From Octopus vulgaris (taxonomy: Eukaryota), in the NCBI GenBank assembly GCA_951406725.2, contig OX597821.1, positions 29,946,001-30,010,000 of the forward strand: a stretch of 64,000 nucleotides of DNA. Direction: 5' to 3'. Of this stretch, positions 37,836-51,875 are shown in pieces. The notes beneath the pieces were generated by a model. It ran no database searches and was not told the DNA's origin. It saw only the letters and a program-made list of their open reading frames with translations. Every line of letters starts with the position of its first letter. The first letter of the stretch is position 1. The position numbers and the translations under genes were made by a program.

Positions 37836-38689
37836 CGTAAGTCTAAACAATTTCTCGTATTTATTTATGTTAGTTTACATTGAACTTTTGTCAACAGCTG
37901 GTTAATAACATCAGCTTTCGCGTGATTGAATCGGTCTTCTGAAAATCCACCCTCTGTGGGTGTATTTTCGCTTTACAAAATTCCTTAAAAAATTTTTTTT
38001 TTTTCAATCTGTCCTGGAAAATGGATAACTTGGCTGAAGCGGCCATCGTTCCATTGTCTTTCATGGACATTAATTTCCTTGCATTGCCGAATGCTGCAGG
38101 GAAAAGAGAAAGCATTGAATCACATTCACACGCAGCCGAACAACGTCAACACACATACTGACAAGAGCATTCCAAACAAGAAAGTGGGAAAGGGAAGCAA
38201 GAAGAATGAACAAATGTCTACAGCCACCACCACCACCATTACCACCAACGCGAACAGACAAAGTAACTTTGCTTCAGCTTTGAAGCAAAGAAAACGAGCG
38301 GTTTCATTTACGCCACAACAGCTAAAGGAAACACGACACCTTTAATCTAAGGAGGGTAATACAATGAAACTAAACACATTTTAGAAAATACTAACAAAAA
38401 AAAATCATATACAAGGCAACGAATTTAAAACGAGAAAACCCGTAAACATAAATCAACAAATAATTCAAAAATTGGGAGTTCCTTTATAAACGCTCCTCTC
38501 CAAGAAAATGAAATACAGTTAAAAAAAAGTTACGAAAATGAAAAAATATATACAAAATGAATGATGTATGCAAAAAATTAGAAAGATTCAACCATTTTTA
38601 AAGATTTTATACTAAAAAATAAAACAAACGGAAAACGGGTACTCGCGAATATAAACAAACATTTTGGATGGTATAAATGAAATCAGCGG

Positions 38690-40410
38690 GAGTATCCCCA
38701 GTTTTGTGACTGCTAAAGAAAGATCTAAACAAGGGGAACGTCATAGATAACTTCAAGCCCATCACTCTGCTCAACGCAGATTTGAAGATTTTGGCTAAGG
38801 TGTAAGCTGAGAGATTGGCGCTTGTCATCGAGAAACTGGTCGACAAAGCGCAAGTATCCATGGTAACCTCCACCTCATGCGCTACATCATAGACAGAGTA
38901 GTTAAGGAACCTGGCATGCGTGGGGCGCTGATCAATTTTGATCAATCGAAACCTTTCGATAGGGTAGACCATCGATATTTGTAATCTGTTCTTTCACGTT
39001 TGGATTGCTGCTTTATACAGCGACATCCTTTCAGCAGTTCACGAGAATGGTCATCTGTCCAAACCATTTGACATTACGCGTTTGGTTCGTCAGGAATGCC
39101 TCCTCTCGTCACTTCTGTAGGTATTGACTCTTGAGCAACTACTACGGAAGCTGGAGACGCTGAGGGTCATCCTGCGAGAAATGAGATGGAGGCGGAGCGT
39201 GTCTGCATACGCGGATGACGTATGTGTCATAGTGTCAAGACACAGGCATACTGATGTAGTCGGCGCGACCCTAAAACAATACGAAGCGGTAAAGTCAGTG
39301 TGTTTGAGGCTCGGCGCCTGGAGAAACAAGCCCATGCCGTCCAACAGCGTCTCCATCGCGGGACACTGGACCGACGTACCGGTTAAATTGCTCGAGATCT
39401 GGTTCAGACCAGACCTTCAAATGGAGAAGAACTGAGACGAAATGACGAGTAGGGTGGCCGCTCTTACCCAGCAATGGGCCGAGAGGAAGCTATCCCTAAA
39501 ACGTCGGGCGGAGCGGCGTACGCGCACATCGCATCCGTCAACTGTTACCGTCTGACCGTCGTACCTTGTCCCGACTCTACCATCACCAAACTGGAACGCA
39601 TACTCTTCCGCTTTTTGTAGTAAGGAATCGTTCCGATGGTTAGGCGATCCATTTGCTGTGAACGTCTGCTAAATGGAGGGCTGGGCATGCCATGGTCGAT
39701 GATGCGCAGACATTCGCTGAAACTGCGACATCTTCAGGGTTTCATTGACAACGTTTATGAGACGCGCTTTTCTGCAACTGGCCTCTTTAGCCGAACAGCA
39801 GTCATGGATCAAACAGAGACGGAGGCTAGGCGAATCCGCGAGTATCGCTATGCTCTCGAGGAACTCTGCCGTCCGGGATCAAATTTGTGTAACTCTAACT
39901 GCACAAAATCGTTCTATAGAAGATTAGTGGAGTGGAGGTTTGACTACGTTCTAGGGGTAAAATCTTGAGGAGAATCATCAACGTTTTCAAGTACCTCTTG
40001 AGAAGGAATGTGAGAATAGAGAGGAAGCCTTTCTCTCATGAAAATTTCAATAAAAGGTGAGCGAATGTAGCAAAGACGGTACGCGTGGATGACGAAATCA
40101 CTTTGAGCATGATCCTGAAAATCCAGAGAGAGAAAGAGAGGGGGAGATCGCTTTGCTCTCATGTGTTCTTTCCCTGCCTGATGTTACCTTGGCCTTTTTC
40201 GTAGGCTTTTCTTTCCACGTATAAACCTAATCTGTATTACATATTTTCTCCCCCTTTTGAGAACTCTTTTATAAATGGAACATTTTTATTCCGATGATTA
40301 CACGTCCCAAACTCTTTCAATCCCTTTTGATCGTATTTTGTTTCTTTTTTTTTCGAAAAAAAAAGTTCTACATTGTATTGTCCCCTCTGTGTTCGGCCCT
40401 GTGTGGCTAA
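38690..40410 (+). mobile_element. Decayed, internally deleted Tx1/L1-clade LINE (RT, ORF2 C-terminus, 3' UTR)
   Basis: DNFKPITLLNADLKILAKV, NLHLMRYII, LINFDQSKPFDRVDHRYL, VRQECLLSSLL, AYADDVCVIVS, NGGLGMP, FKYLLRRNVRIERK. A possible ORF1 remnant lies upstream (38020-38680). Confidence 0.92.
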
Positions 40411-41214
40411 TCTATCTATATATCTATCTGTCTGTCTGTCTGTCTGTCTGTCTGTATGTATGTATGTATGTATGTCTGTCTGTCTGTGTGAATTATCTTG
40501 GTGTCTACGATTTTACAGTCTTCATACTTTTGAAACTAGGTTTGAATTAACCAACCATTCTTCCATGTGTTTCCGCCTGGACCTTCGAAAATTATACTGC
40601 ACTTTTTCGGTACAGAAACTTATCAATCTCTTTAAAACTGCACTCTTATTAACGTGGCATCTGGTAAAATTGACCGGGTTCCTTCTTTCCCTTCAAGAAA
40701 TTTTCCAGTCTTTAGTCATTTCAAAACTCGACCCGTTAAATACACATTTAAAAATAAATATTCAAAAGCCCATGTCTTTACGTTCTATACTAATCTTTTC
40801 CTCAGAGAGCAAAATTCCTTATTCATTATCCAGATTATGGTTGCTGCTCTTCCTTAATCTTTACGTTAGGTCTGTTTCACATATTTGCTCTGTCTCCCTC
40901 TAAAGGTCCATTTCTAAACTCTGAAACTCCTTGAAATTTATTTAGATATATCTTTTAGTTCATCTTCTAGCAGTGATACTCCATTTCTCCTTAACCTTAA
41001 TAATTATCATCGAAGGGATCTGAACAATTTTCCGATATCATTCATGATATTCCGTTGGATAAATTACCTCTTTCCTGGTTAAGACTGTGCCATTGAAGTA
41101 TTATACTGGATTCAAACTAGTAACGTCTCTTGCATTCTTCATAAAAATCCTTACGGAAGCCACAATTCCTCTTCGTTTTGTCTTGCGCGTTTAAATCTTA
41201 TTAATTAATGGTTT

Positions 41215-41665
41215 GAGCTGGCAGAAACGTTAGCACACCGAGCGAAATGCGTAGCCGTATTTCGTCTGTCGTTACGCTCCGAGTTCAAATTCCGCCGAGG
41301 TCGACTTTGCCTTTCATCCTTTCGTGATCGATAAATTAAGTACCAGTTACGCACTGGGGTCGATGTAATCGACTTAATCCCTTTGTCTTTCCTTGTTTGT
41401 CCCCTCTGTGTTTAGCCCCTTGTGGGTAGAAGAGAAAAATAATTAATGGTTTCAGATTATGGCATAAGGACAGAAATTTCGGGAGTGACTAAGTCGAATC
41501 CATCGAACTCCCCGTGCTCAGCTGGTACTTGTTTTAGCGACCCCGAAAGGATGCAAGTGAAGTCGATCACGGGAACACGACGGAATTTGAACTCACAACG
41601 TAAAGACGGACAAAATGCCACTTAGCATTTTTTCGCGGCCTGCTGACGATTCTGTCAGCTCGACG
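41215..41665. mobile_element. SINE family B (+, 41215-41438) inserted at the tail of an older family B copy (-, 41445-41665)
   Basis: Direct repeat TAATTAATGGTTT on both sides of the + copy. Confidence 0.88.
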
Positions 41666-41945
41666 TTTTACAACTAATTATTGACGTATTTTCAGTGTTC
41701 ATCGAGACCAGTTGTTTAAACAATTAATCTCAAAGGAAATTGGCTGGGAAGTAACCCGAGAGGGTACTTGGGGACGCTAAATTTAAATACACTGAGCGAA
41801 CTAAATATAGTATTAACCCTCAAATGCTGGACTCTGGAAACATTCGAGAAATTTTAATAGTGTCTCGAATTAAGTGAAACGAATAACGATAAATCTAACA
41901 TTCAATAGTTGTTATAAAGTACTGACATCTCAATACTCAACCTCA

Positions 41946-42001
<56 letters not shown>

Positions 42002-42356
42002 ACACACATACATATGAGAAAGTGTGGGTTAGTATATAAACACAATAACACTATGGGAATCAACAACTTCAGACGAACACACATATAAGTATGTATAAGT
42101 ATGTTGAGATGTTGAAGAATCACTGGTGGAACAAAGTAGACGGTTTAAAGTTACATAGTAGCTTTCACTAAGGACAGACACGTGTATAGACGCACATGCA
42201 CACACACACAAACACACACACACACACGCACACTCATACACACACACACGCACACGCACGCCCACACACACACACATGCACACACCATCCAGAATTAGAA
42301 ATATACATACCCAATACATCCAGATATAGATTCAGATACTGAAATTGGATTCATAT

Positions 42357-42748
42357 GTGGCTGTGTGGTAAGTAGCTTGCTAACCAACCATATGGTTCCG
42401 GGTTCAGTCCCACTGCGTGGCATCTTGGGCAAGTGTCTTCTGCTATAGCCCCGGGCCGACCAATGCCTTGTGAGTGGATTTGGTAGACGGAAACTGAAAA
42501 GAAGTATGTCGTATATATGTATATATATGTGTGTGTGTTTGTGTGTTTGTGTTTGTCCCCCTAGCATTGCTTGACAACCGATGTTGGTGTGTTTACGTCC
42601 CCGTCACATAGCGGTTCGGCAAAAGAGACCGATAGAATAAGTACTGGTCTTACAAAGAATAAGTCCCGGGGTCGATTTGCTCGACTAAAAGCGGTGCTCC
42701 AGCATGGCCGCAGTCAAATGACTGAAACAAGTAAAAGAGTAAAAGAGT
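42357..42748 (+). mobile_element. SINE family A, well preserved
   Basis: A-box TGGCTGTGTGG, B-box GGTTCAGTCCC, (GTAAAAGA)n tail. Confidence 0.95.
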
Positions 42749-43739
42749 ATATGTCTCCAGCTTTTTAATATCTTACCTAAAGACTTAAGTGCCCTACAGT
42801 GTGTGGATGTTGATGTTTGTAAAAGCCATCTGGACCTTTTGCTGTGTAGAATTTCAGAGGAACTTATTTGATGGTAAGAAACAAAACTTTGCGCAGAAAA
42901 TAGGGAAGATCAGTGGAGGTGTAGCAGCACCAATGGAGGTGACCTAGCATGGCGACTGTTTCAGAGCTGAAACAAGTGGAATACAAAAAGATATATATAC
43001 GATTAAAAATTTTAAAAATGAACAGTCTTTAATATCGTGTGTTTGTATTTGTATGTGGGTGTGAGTGCGAATGCAAATTTATCTCGTTGAATCTGCTTTT
43101 CATTTTTTTTTTTTACATGGAAAAAAAAAAAAAACTAGCGGGAGGCTTTACGAATCTGATGCATAAATAATTGTACGACTAACATGGAACTTAATGAACG
43201 CGATGACACACAAGGAAAAAAAAATCGTCTCCGTTAGCATAGACATACTGGTATTTATATATATTTATATACAAGAGTAGAAGGGCGAGGAAAGAGACTG
43301 AGAAAGGAGTGAGTGGGGAATTTGAACACTTTATGCTTAACACCCAGTCTTAGCATGTCCAGAGAGAGAGAAAGCTGAAACCTTCATAAAGCACATATCT
43401 TTTTACGTACTCTACAAAACACACTCTAAATATACACAATCACATACAAACGACTATAGAATAAGTATATACAAACTAATATGCGTACGTGTGTGTGTGT
43501 GTGTGGGTGGGTGGGTGTGTACATATTGGTATGTATGTGTGTAACATATATTCAATTTAATGTAGGCTTTGAATGCTTGATTATGCAAGAATCAGCATTT
43601 GTATAGTATGCTCATATACAAGCAAGTATACACTTATGTGTGTATGTGAGTGTATGTGTGTGTATGTGTGTGTGTGTGTGCGTGTGTCTGTATGTACATA
43701 ACTACATACAAGCACATACATATTCATATGACTCACATA

Positions 43740-44570
43740 CAAGGTGCATTCCGGAATTTTTGAGTCTTTTTAAGGAAAGGCATTTATTAACTTCAAAGAA
43801 ATACAACATTCTTATCTCCCTAAAAAATAGGTTCCTCTGACTTCAATGCACTAGTTGAGCTCTATCCTCTTCGTGAAGGCTCCATTGAAGTCCGAAGTCC
43901 TCTAGAGTGAAGGTGTTCTGAACGCTTCTCACTGCCTCCTTAATCTTCTATTTCAGCATCGAGGAAAACGAAATGTCACGTGGTACAAAGCTTGGACTGT
44001 TGGGAGGGATGCGGGACATTTTTGTTGCCCGTCTCTCCCATGTAATTTGTTATCAGGATAGAAGTGTGGACTACTGTATTGTCCTGGTGCAGGTGCTCTG
44101 GCCATTTGCAACGATATCCCTTACTGAATTCCTTCAAAGCCTCCACAAAATTTTCGTTGTTGACCTTTCGTCCGGTGGGAACCCGGTGAATGTAAAAGAT
44201 GCACGTGCTGTCGAAAAAGAGGATCATCATAAGCTTCTCGCTGGACTTGCTGTGTTTGGCTTCTTGAGCCATGGAAAAACAGAAGATTGGGCTTATACAA
44301 GTTAATCTATATATGGGGCATTTCATAAGATGTTGCAGCATTTTTCCCAGTTTAGTACAACCATTTATTACATAGTGTGCTTTCTGATTGTCTTCACGTC
44401 TCAACTGCATTCTGTAAACTATTCCACCTGTAACAAGCAGCGTTTAGTAGATTATTAGATTAGGTTCAAAGCTCTGTTACTGCTGTCTCTTTCAATCTGG
44501 AATAACAGAATGTGGACAGGTCAGCTTATTATAATTCTCTCTTACAAAAGTCTCAAAATTATGGTATTGT
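43740..44570 (-). mobile_element. Internally deleted mariner remnant
   Basis: ORF 43976-44410: KLMMILFFDS..HQDNTVVHTS..VPHPSQQSKL; degenerate TIRs (AATTTTTGAGTCTTTT / AAAAGTCTCAAAATT). Confidence 0.85.
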
Positions 44571-45622
44571 ATGGAAAAGCTGGGCTTTCTGAACAACGCC
44601 AATAATCGTACTGCTTTCCCCACTGCATTAAGGATAGTTCGTGTATGATCAGGACTTATATATCATTGCATACTCTGCCTACAAGCTGCAAATCTGTCAG
44701 AAATGTTGTGAGGATCTAAGAACGAACATCTAAGAATACATATGTATTGAGTATCATAGGCAGTAGGCAGGTATGTGACGTATTCCTTAATCTCGCTCCG
44801 AGAGGAAGTACGGCGTGCAGGGCAAACTATCTCTGTACGCCCTCCTTCAGTTGATGGAAAGCGCCTCAATACACACATCAGCTAGAGTACCCTTTAATAG
44901 CTCATTCGGCAGCACCATATACGCTTGCTCGAAATTCAGAGGTGCAACTAATTTTCTCGGCACCTCATTGATAAAATCGCCAGAGAAGTGATCAGAATTT
45001 TTCATGATAAAGCTCACCCACATTCCTTCTTTTCAGAGAAACGTCCCATATTCAAAACTTTTTTTGTGTTTAAGACATGTTTTTGTTATTGTTTGCGTTC
45101 TTATATTTTTTCTTTTGCTATAACTCATATCTTTGTTTATATAAGAAATGCGCTCGCTTGTGTTTCGTCGTGTATTTTCTGAAGTATCAATGTCTCCGTT
45201 TATGTTTGTAATCATATCTGTTTGTTTAAGCGTAATTATTTATTCTTCGTTTATTTAAGTCTGTGTTATTATTTTCATAATTTCCAACAAATATTTTCTC
45301 TGTTTTAAGCATAATTTCTGCGACCTTTTTTTTGTGTGTGTGTGTTACTTCTTACCGCTACTCCACACAAAGAAAAGCCTATAACCTGACAAATATTTTG
45401 AAATTTAATTTTATTTTGGAAGCATAGAATGTTTGCCCGGCTCAGGTATTAAGGACAGACTCCACGCTTTTGTAAGGTTGCTGCTTGAAGATAATCCGAG
45501 AAAGGAAATTTCCATTCGATAAGTATTAATTACATTATAGTGAGACGTCAAGTTTGCTTACTACGCTTACAATAATAATAATGATATTAACAACAAGAAC
45601 CAGAACAACAACAGCAATAATA

Positions 45623-45838
45623 ATAATCCTTTCTACTAAAGGCACAAGGCCTGAAATTTTGGAGGAGGCGACTAGTTGATCACATCGACCCCAGCGTTTC
45701 ACTGGTACTTCAATTTTCGACCCTAAAAGGGTGAAAGGCAAAAATCGATCTCGGTGGAATTTGAACTCGGAACGTAAAGACGGAAATGGCGTTAGGCATT
45801 TGGCCTGGCGTGCTAACGAGTCTATCAGCTCGCCGCCT
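45623..45838 (-). mobile_element. SINE family B embedded in (AAT/AAC)n
   Basis: Tail CCTTTCTACTAAAGGCACAAGGCC, head CAGCTCGCCGCC; an older copy follows at ~45960-46150. Confidence 0.88.
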
Positions 45839-45869
45839 TAACAATAATAACAACAACAACAACAACAAC

Positions 45870-45919
<50 letters not shown>

Positions 45920-47254
45920 CAACAACAGCAATAATAACATTCATAATTTCTAATTAATAATATTTGTAATTGTGACACGCGACCAGAAATTTTGAGGGGT
46001 ATATTAGCCGAATACATCAACCGCAGTACTTGTCTGGTACTTTATTTTTCGTCCTTAGAGGAATGAAGCACAAATTTGATCTCCAGGATATTTGAACTCA
46101 GAATATAAAGTGTTAGAACAAGGCGTTTCGTCCGACACTCTGACGATAGTAACAAACACAGCCATAAGGCTCGAAGGACTTCATTTTTGTAACATATCTG
46201 CATTAATACACGAATAAAGAACAAGATACGTGTTCTTACGGTGAACAGCAATGCCATACCCGCAAATTTAAATCTCACAGCAAAATCTATCATACTACGA
46301 GGGGACATTACTACTGGTCTTAATTTCAACTTCTACTTGTTACCTCTATTTTTCATATTTCCGGGAACTATAAATATCGTATTAGTCAAAACAAATGGAC
46401 TGTTGAATTCAGTAGACTATCAGATGTGACACTCACTGTTTTTGTTGCTTCTCTTTGCGTTCCGAGACCAAATTGTACCGTGGTCTATTTGGGTGGTAAA
46501 ATTAATTCGTAGCCCGATTTTACACAACCACCTGGTTCTTAGTTCTACACTACCTCATGGGATTCCTTATCGCATTCTTCTCTGTTGCATGAATTTGATC
46601 TAGGTCCCCAGCGGAAAAATGCTTACTTCTTACCGTTGTATCGCTTTTACCGGCTTTACAGATTATCAAAGGAACTATACTTTATTCTTTAATTAACGAT
46701 TAAAATACTGGCTAATAAAACAGGTCACTTTGGAGTCCTACGTGGTGAGAGGGAGGAGCAGGCTAATAAACTAGACGATCTAAAATTGTATAGTGAACGG
46801 ACCGCATTTTGAGAATGTCGCCAGTATTATAAAACAGTTTAGCAGTGACGTTAAATAGACCTTTAGACAGGAGAAAATGCGGGAGTGACATTTTTCGTGG
46901 CAAATGAACCACTGGAGAAAATATTTCATACATTCATATAAGGAGAGCTGAAGACTTTTTATAGTTCTACAAATATTTGTGCATAGATGAGCGTAAAGAT
47001 ATCTGTACAAGAGGTGTTTTAAGGAGAATTAACTATATTTTCGTAGAGCCAAGAAGTATAAAAAAAGCTTATCTCATTACCAAAAACATTATCCATGCAA
47101 GGAATACAGTTACAATGCCAGCAGCAATATACGACTCCGTGGTATGGAAATGGAGCGTAACACAACTAAATGATGTAGTCTGCGATGTAGAATATCGATT
47201 GGAATATATCGCATACTACAAACTTGTCTGATATTCAAAGACTTCATATTCATA

Positions 47255-49171
47255 GAAGACAAAGTGAATAAGAGGGCACTTGAACAACAGGGAATGATGT
47301 AAACACAACGCCATTAAATTTTCCAACTGTTTTTACACAACACTCAAGAAGGCCTGCAATGTACCCTTGCTGATGATAATAAAAAAATAGCATTTTTGTC
47401 ATATCTGCAACCGTAAACGTATTTTGACTGTTGTAATAACCCCATCCAAAGAGGAGAGATCTCTTCTAGAGGTTAAATTTCGTTACGTTGAAGAATATGT
47501 ATATTTAATTTATAGTTGTACTATTCTCACGAAAAATTAGTGAAAAATTCGAAAAGCTAAAATCTGAAATTAATCAGCAGCAACAATGGCGCAGAGTTGA
47601 CCGTGGGAAAAAAAAACCGTTTAGGTTTGTGTTTACACGGCCATTTTTTCGCAAGCCGGATGTCTCATACATAAATAAATTACTAGTTTCAGGTTTTTCC
47701 TAGTACAGAGTACTGGGGAATTTTTGCTGAATTTAAATCTGATAAAGAAATTTTCTTATCGTGTCTAGGTTTTGTATATCGAAATACCCATGTTTCTTCC
47801 CTTGTTGCTCTACCGGATAATATTGCGTAAGCAAATTGTGTTAGTTTGCTGTGCAGTGTTTTAGGATAGATATACTTAAATAATTTATGCAGAGTTATCC
47901 TTCCTTCTTTCATTTTGCTTAGAACACAGCTGAGTTTCGCAGCTGAAGTTTCCATTGCGTATGCAAGTTGTTTATGCTATGGAAAAGCAACTTCCCATTG
48001 TGAAGTTAAACTATGTTGCAGTTTCTTTTTCTGCTCTTTGTATCATGACAGACTCTGTTTCTGCAATACCCAACAATTATCCTCCATCATACTTTAAAAT
48101 ATCCATATATCTGCGGTCCTTAACAGAGATTTTACAGCTCGTCACTTACAGCACCAAGTAGGGAAGGTAACAAGGTGAGAATGTGAAAAAATGCATCTTA
48201 AGAGACATCCTTAATCCTATTTTTGCTACGAGTTCAGAACATTATGTACTTGTTCACAGCAGTTCAAGCAGTGTAGGTTACAAGGAAATATTTACCAGCT
48301 TAAAATAAGTTGTTCAAGCTTGTACTGTAATCTCAATTCGGAGTAGCTTTATATTCTCCTTTGCCAGTATTTCATTGAATGCCTTTTAAACGTGAAAGAC
48401 AACTAACTTGGTGACTCATACCGTTGACAAAAGCTAATGCGAATTGGTGGAGGTTCCCATGGAAGCATGAAACCAACGACCCACAACGATGCACCGTCAG
48501 TACACACATAGCAATAAGCAATAAACACACAACACAAGAAATCAACCAGAATTAGTAATGAGAAACCCATTTAACAGAAATAATTACGAAAATAGGATAT
48601 AACAAAACGTCATACAAATGGAGAAATACGTATGTATAAAAGAATGGAAAAGAGCTGTTTAATGCGACTCTACGAAAAAAAGATTTAAGGTCAATACAGA
48701 AAAAAAAAAAACATGGCCGGGCAGTAAAAGAAAAGTTAAAAGCTTAGGTAAGTCACATAAGCAAAAACATGTAAGGTAAATACTTACAGAAATGTAGGTG
48801 CATCTCTTTGAGAATATGTTTTCTCAATCAAACGTAGAAAACTTTATATGAACACTGGGAATGATCAATAGAAGATAACAGAAGACAAAGGGGGTAAGAA
48901 GGCTCTTGAACGGCAGGGAATGATATAAGGAGAACGCCATTAAAGTTTCCCTACATCTTTTCTACAACACCCGCTGTTGGTAATTATGATAAAAAATAAC
49001 ATTTTTGTTATATCGTAACAGTAAATTTGTTTTGACTGTGGTGATACTTCCCTTCAAAGAGGAGAAAATCTCTTCTAGAGCTTAAATTTTGTTCCGTGGA
49101 AGAATATTTATATTTAATTTTTAGTTGTACCATTTCTGACGAAAAATTAGAACAGACTTCGAACAGCTGAA
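47255..49171. repeat. Pair of diverged ~300-bp direct repeats (47255-47561 and 48880-49171)
   Basis: Shared AGAAGACAAAG, CAGGGAATGAT, AACGCCATTAAA, CAAAGAGGAGA..ATCTCTTCTAGAG, ACGAAAAATTAG. Confidence 0.88.
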
Positions 49172-49363
49172 AGGATATCTCTTACACAGATACGTAATAT
49201 AAAGATAACAGTTCCACTAAGGCACTGCACATATATTAATTTAAATTCTTTCAACAGAGAGAATACAAAACTGAAAGGAAACACATATCCAACGTTAATA
49301 GAACGGTCTCTGTTCTTTGCAGAAAAAAAATGAAAAAACTGTTTTTAAAATGTTGCTTGCTGC

Positions 49364-49376
49364 TACTACAACAGCA

Positions 49377-49426
<50 letters not shown>

Positions 49427-49430
49427 CACC

Positions 49431-49489
<59 letters not shown>

Positions 49490-49505
49490 CACTACTACCA
49501 CCACC

Positions 49506-49543
<38 letters not shown>

Positions 49544-49565
49544 CACTACTACTACCACCACCACC

Positions 49566-49624
<59 letters not shown>

Positions 49625-49697
49625 CACGACCACCACCACGACCACCACCACGACCACCACTACTACTACTACTACTAAACGACGACGACGACGACGC
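49364..49697. repeat. (CTA/CCA/CGA)n trinucleotide repeat
   Basis: Direct reading. Confidence 0.97.
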
Positions 49698-50618
49698 AGG
49701 TATGGTAGTAAATCAAAATTAATGGCTTGCAATTGTGTGAGCTTCTGAATGGCTGGAACAGTGATGGAATAAGATAATTGTTCCAAGATAAGAATAATTG
49801 TAATGAAGTAGAATATTAAAATACAAGTGATGTAGACTGATAGAAGAGCTTGACATTACGTTGAGCAAAGATTTGTAGTAAATAAATATTTACCATTATT
49901 CTTTAAAAGTATCAAATATTCTAAAATATCAACCTTTGTGTAAAAGAGAAATATCATTTTTTTTTCTTTTTACAAAGGTATGAAATTGTTGTCTGTGACT
50001 ATACAGAAATACAATCATATTAGTAGACGCGAAAAGAATTATTTGTTATTCAGTACAAAATTGAAATAGCACTCCAACAAAATATAATATACTAACAGCC
50101 TTGTTAAAACCCTTTTATGAATACAGACCCGCACACACATAGACACACACGCACGCACATACACAGACGCCCGAAGACATACGCACATATATACACATAT
50201 TTATATTTATTTGTTGACTAAACTAGATCTGTTATGAGAGAAATAAAAGTAATTGATCGCAAAAGAAAGAAGTTAGACGTTTCCATTTTTAGTTATTTGT
50301 TTTGGCAAATATACATCTCTCCGATAGAATAGAAATAATTTTTAGTGAACTTTCTTAGACTCCTTTATCCTGGTATTTGTATAAGTCATTGAACTGCGTC
50401 TAAGTTGAGGCATCGCTTTCATATGTCTGTATGTACGTATGTACGTATGTATGTATATATGTATCTATCTATCTATGTATGTATGTATGTATGTATGTAT
50501 GCATCTATATGTATGTATGTATTATGTATATATGTATCTATCTATCTATATATCTATCTACTTATCTATTTATCTATCCATCTATCTATCTAGCGATCTA
50601 TCTATCTATCTATCTATA

Positions 50619-50651
<33 letters not shown>

Positions 50652-50674
50652 CTCTATCTCTCTATATATACATA

Positions 50675-50742
<68 letters not shown>

Positions 50743-50799
50743 CAAAATAGCTAGTAAGAACTCAAGAAAAGATCAGAGTAGTAACTATACTAACTAGTA

Positions 50800-50838
<39 letters not shown>

Positions 50839-51149
50839 TGCGTGTGTGTGCGTGTGTGTGTGTATCGTCGTTGTCGGCATTAACTCGTATCCAGTAGTTA
50901 ATCTGCAGCAATATACTGAGTCTCTTTATCCTGACGGGCGCAAAGGGTGACGGTCCCTGAGATGGCTGTTCACGCTAAGAGTTATATAGAGATTCGGGGG
51001 CATTTATCGCAGAATAGTGTTAGCAGGGAAAGAGGAAGTGCGAGTAGGTCTTTACGTCTTCAACATCTGATCTCTGCCCCTTGATGTCTGTAATTTTACA
51101 CCTGGTCCGTCCCCTTGACGGTGACATGTCGTCCCTTTTAAAAATATAC

Positions 51150-51875
51150 CTCTTTCTCTTTCTCTATTATTTGTTTCAGTCATTTGACTGCGGCCATGTT
51201 GGAGCACCCCAGGACTTATTCTTTGTAAGCCTAGTACTTATTCTATCGGTCTCTTTTGCCGAACCGACAAGTTACGGGGACGTAAACACACCAGCATCAG
51301 TTGTCAAGTGATGTTGGGGGGGGGCAAACACAGACACACAAACACACACACACACATATATATATACATAAATACGACGGGCTTCTTCAAGTTTCCGTCT
51401 ACCAAATCCACTCACAAGGCTTTGGTCGGACCGAGGCTATAGTAGAAGACACTTGCCCAAGGTGCCACGCAGTGGGACTGAACCCGGAACCATGTGGCTA
51501 GTAAGCAAGCTACTTATCACATAGCCACTCCTACGCCTATGTTTCAAGCCATTAGACTGCGATTGTGCTGCAGCACCACCTTGAAGAGTTTTAGTCGATC
51601 GACTTTAAGCCTCATAATTATTCTAACGGTCTCTTTTACCCAAGTTATTGGGACGTAAACACACCGACGACGGTTATCGAGCAGTGATGGAGGATAAATA
51701 CAGACACACTCACGTAGATACATGTACGGCAGGCTTCTTTCAGTCTCTGTCCATTTACAACGTTTTGGCCAAACCGAGAGTCCAGTAGAAGAGACCAGCG
51801 TAAGGCGTCACGCGGTGAGACTGAACCCAGGACTAAGGGATTGGGAAGCAAGATTCTTACCACGCAACTACACCA
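51150..51875 (-). mobile_element. Two tandem SINE family A copies (51150-51538 and an older one at 51540-51875)
   Basis: Reverse-complement homology to 42357-42748. Confidence 0.85.

Noticed and set aside
42571-42768. Conserved small protein shared with the ORF at 60757-61008
   Set aside because: Identity comes from two young copies of SINE family A.
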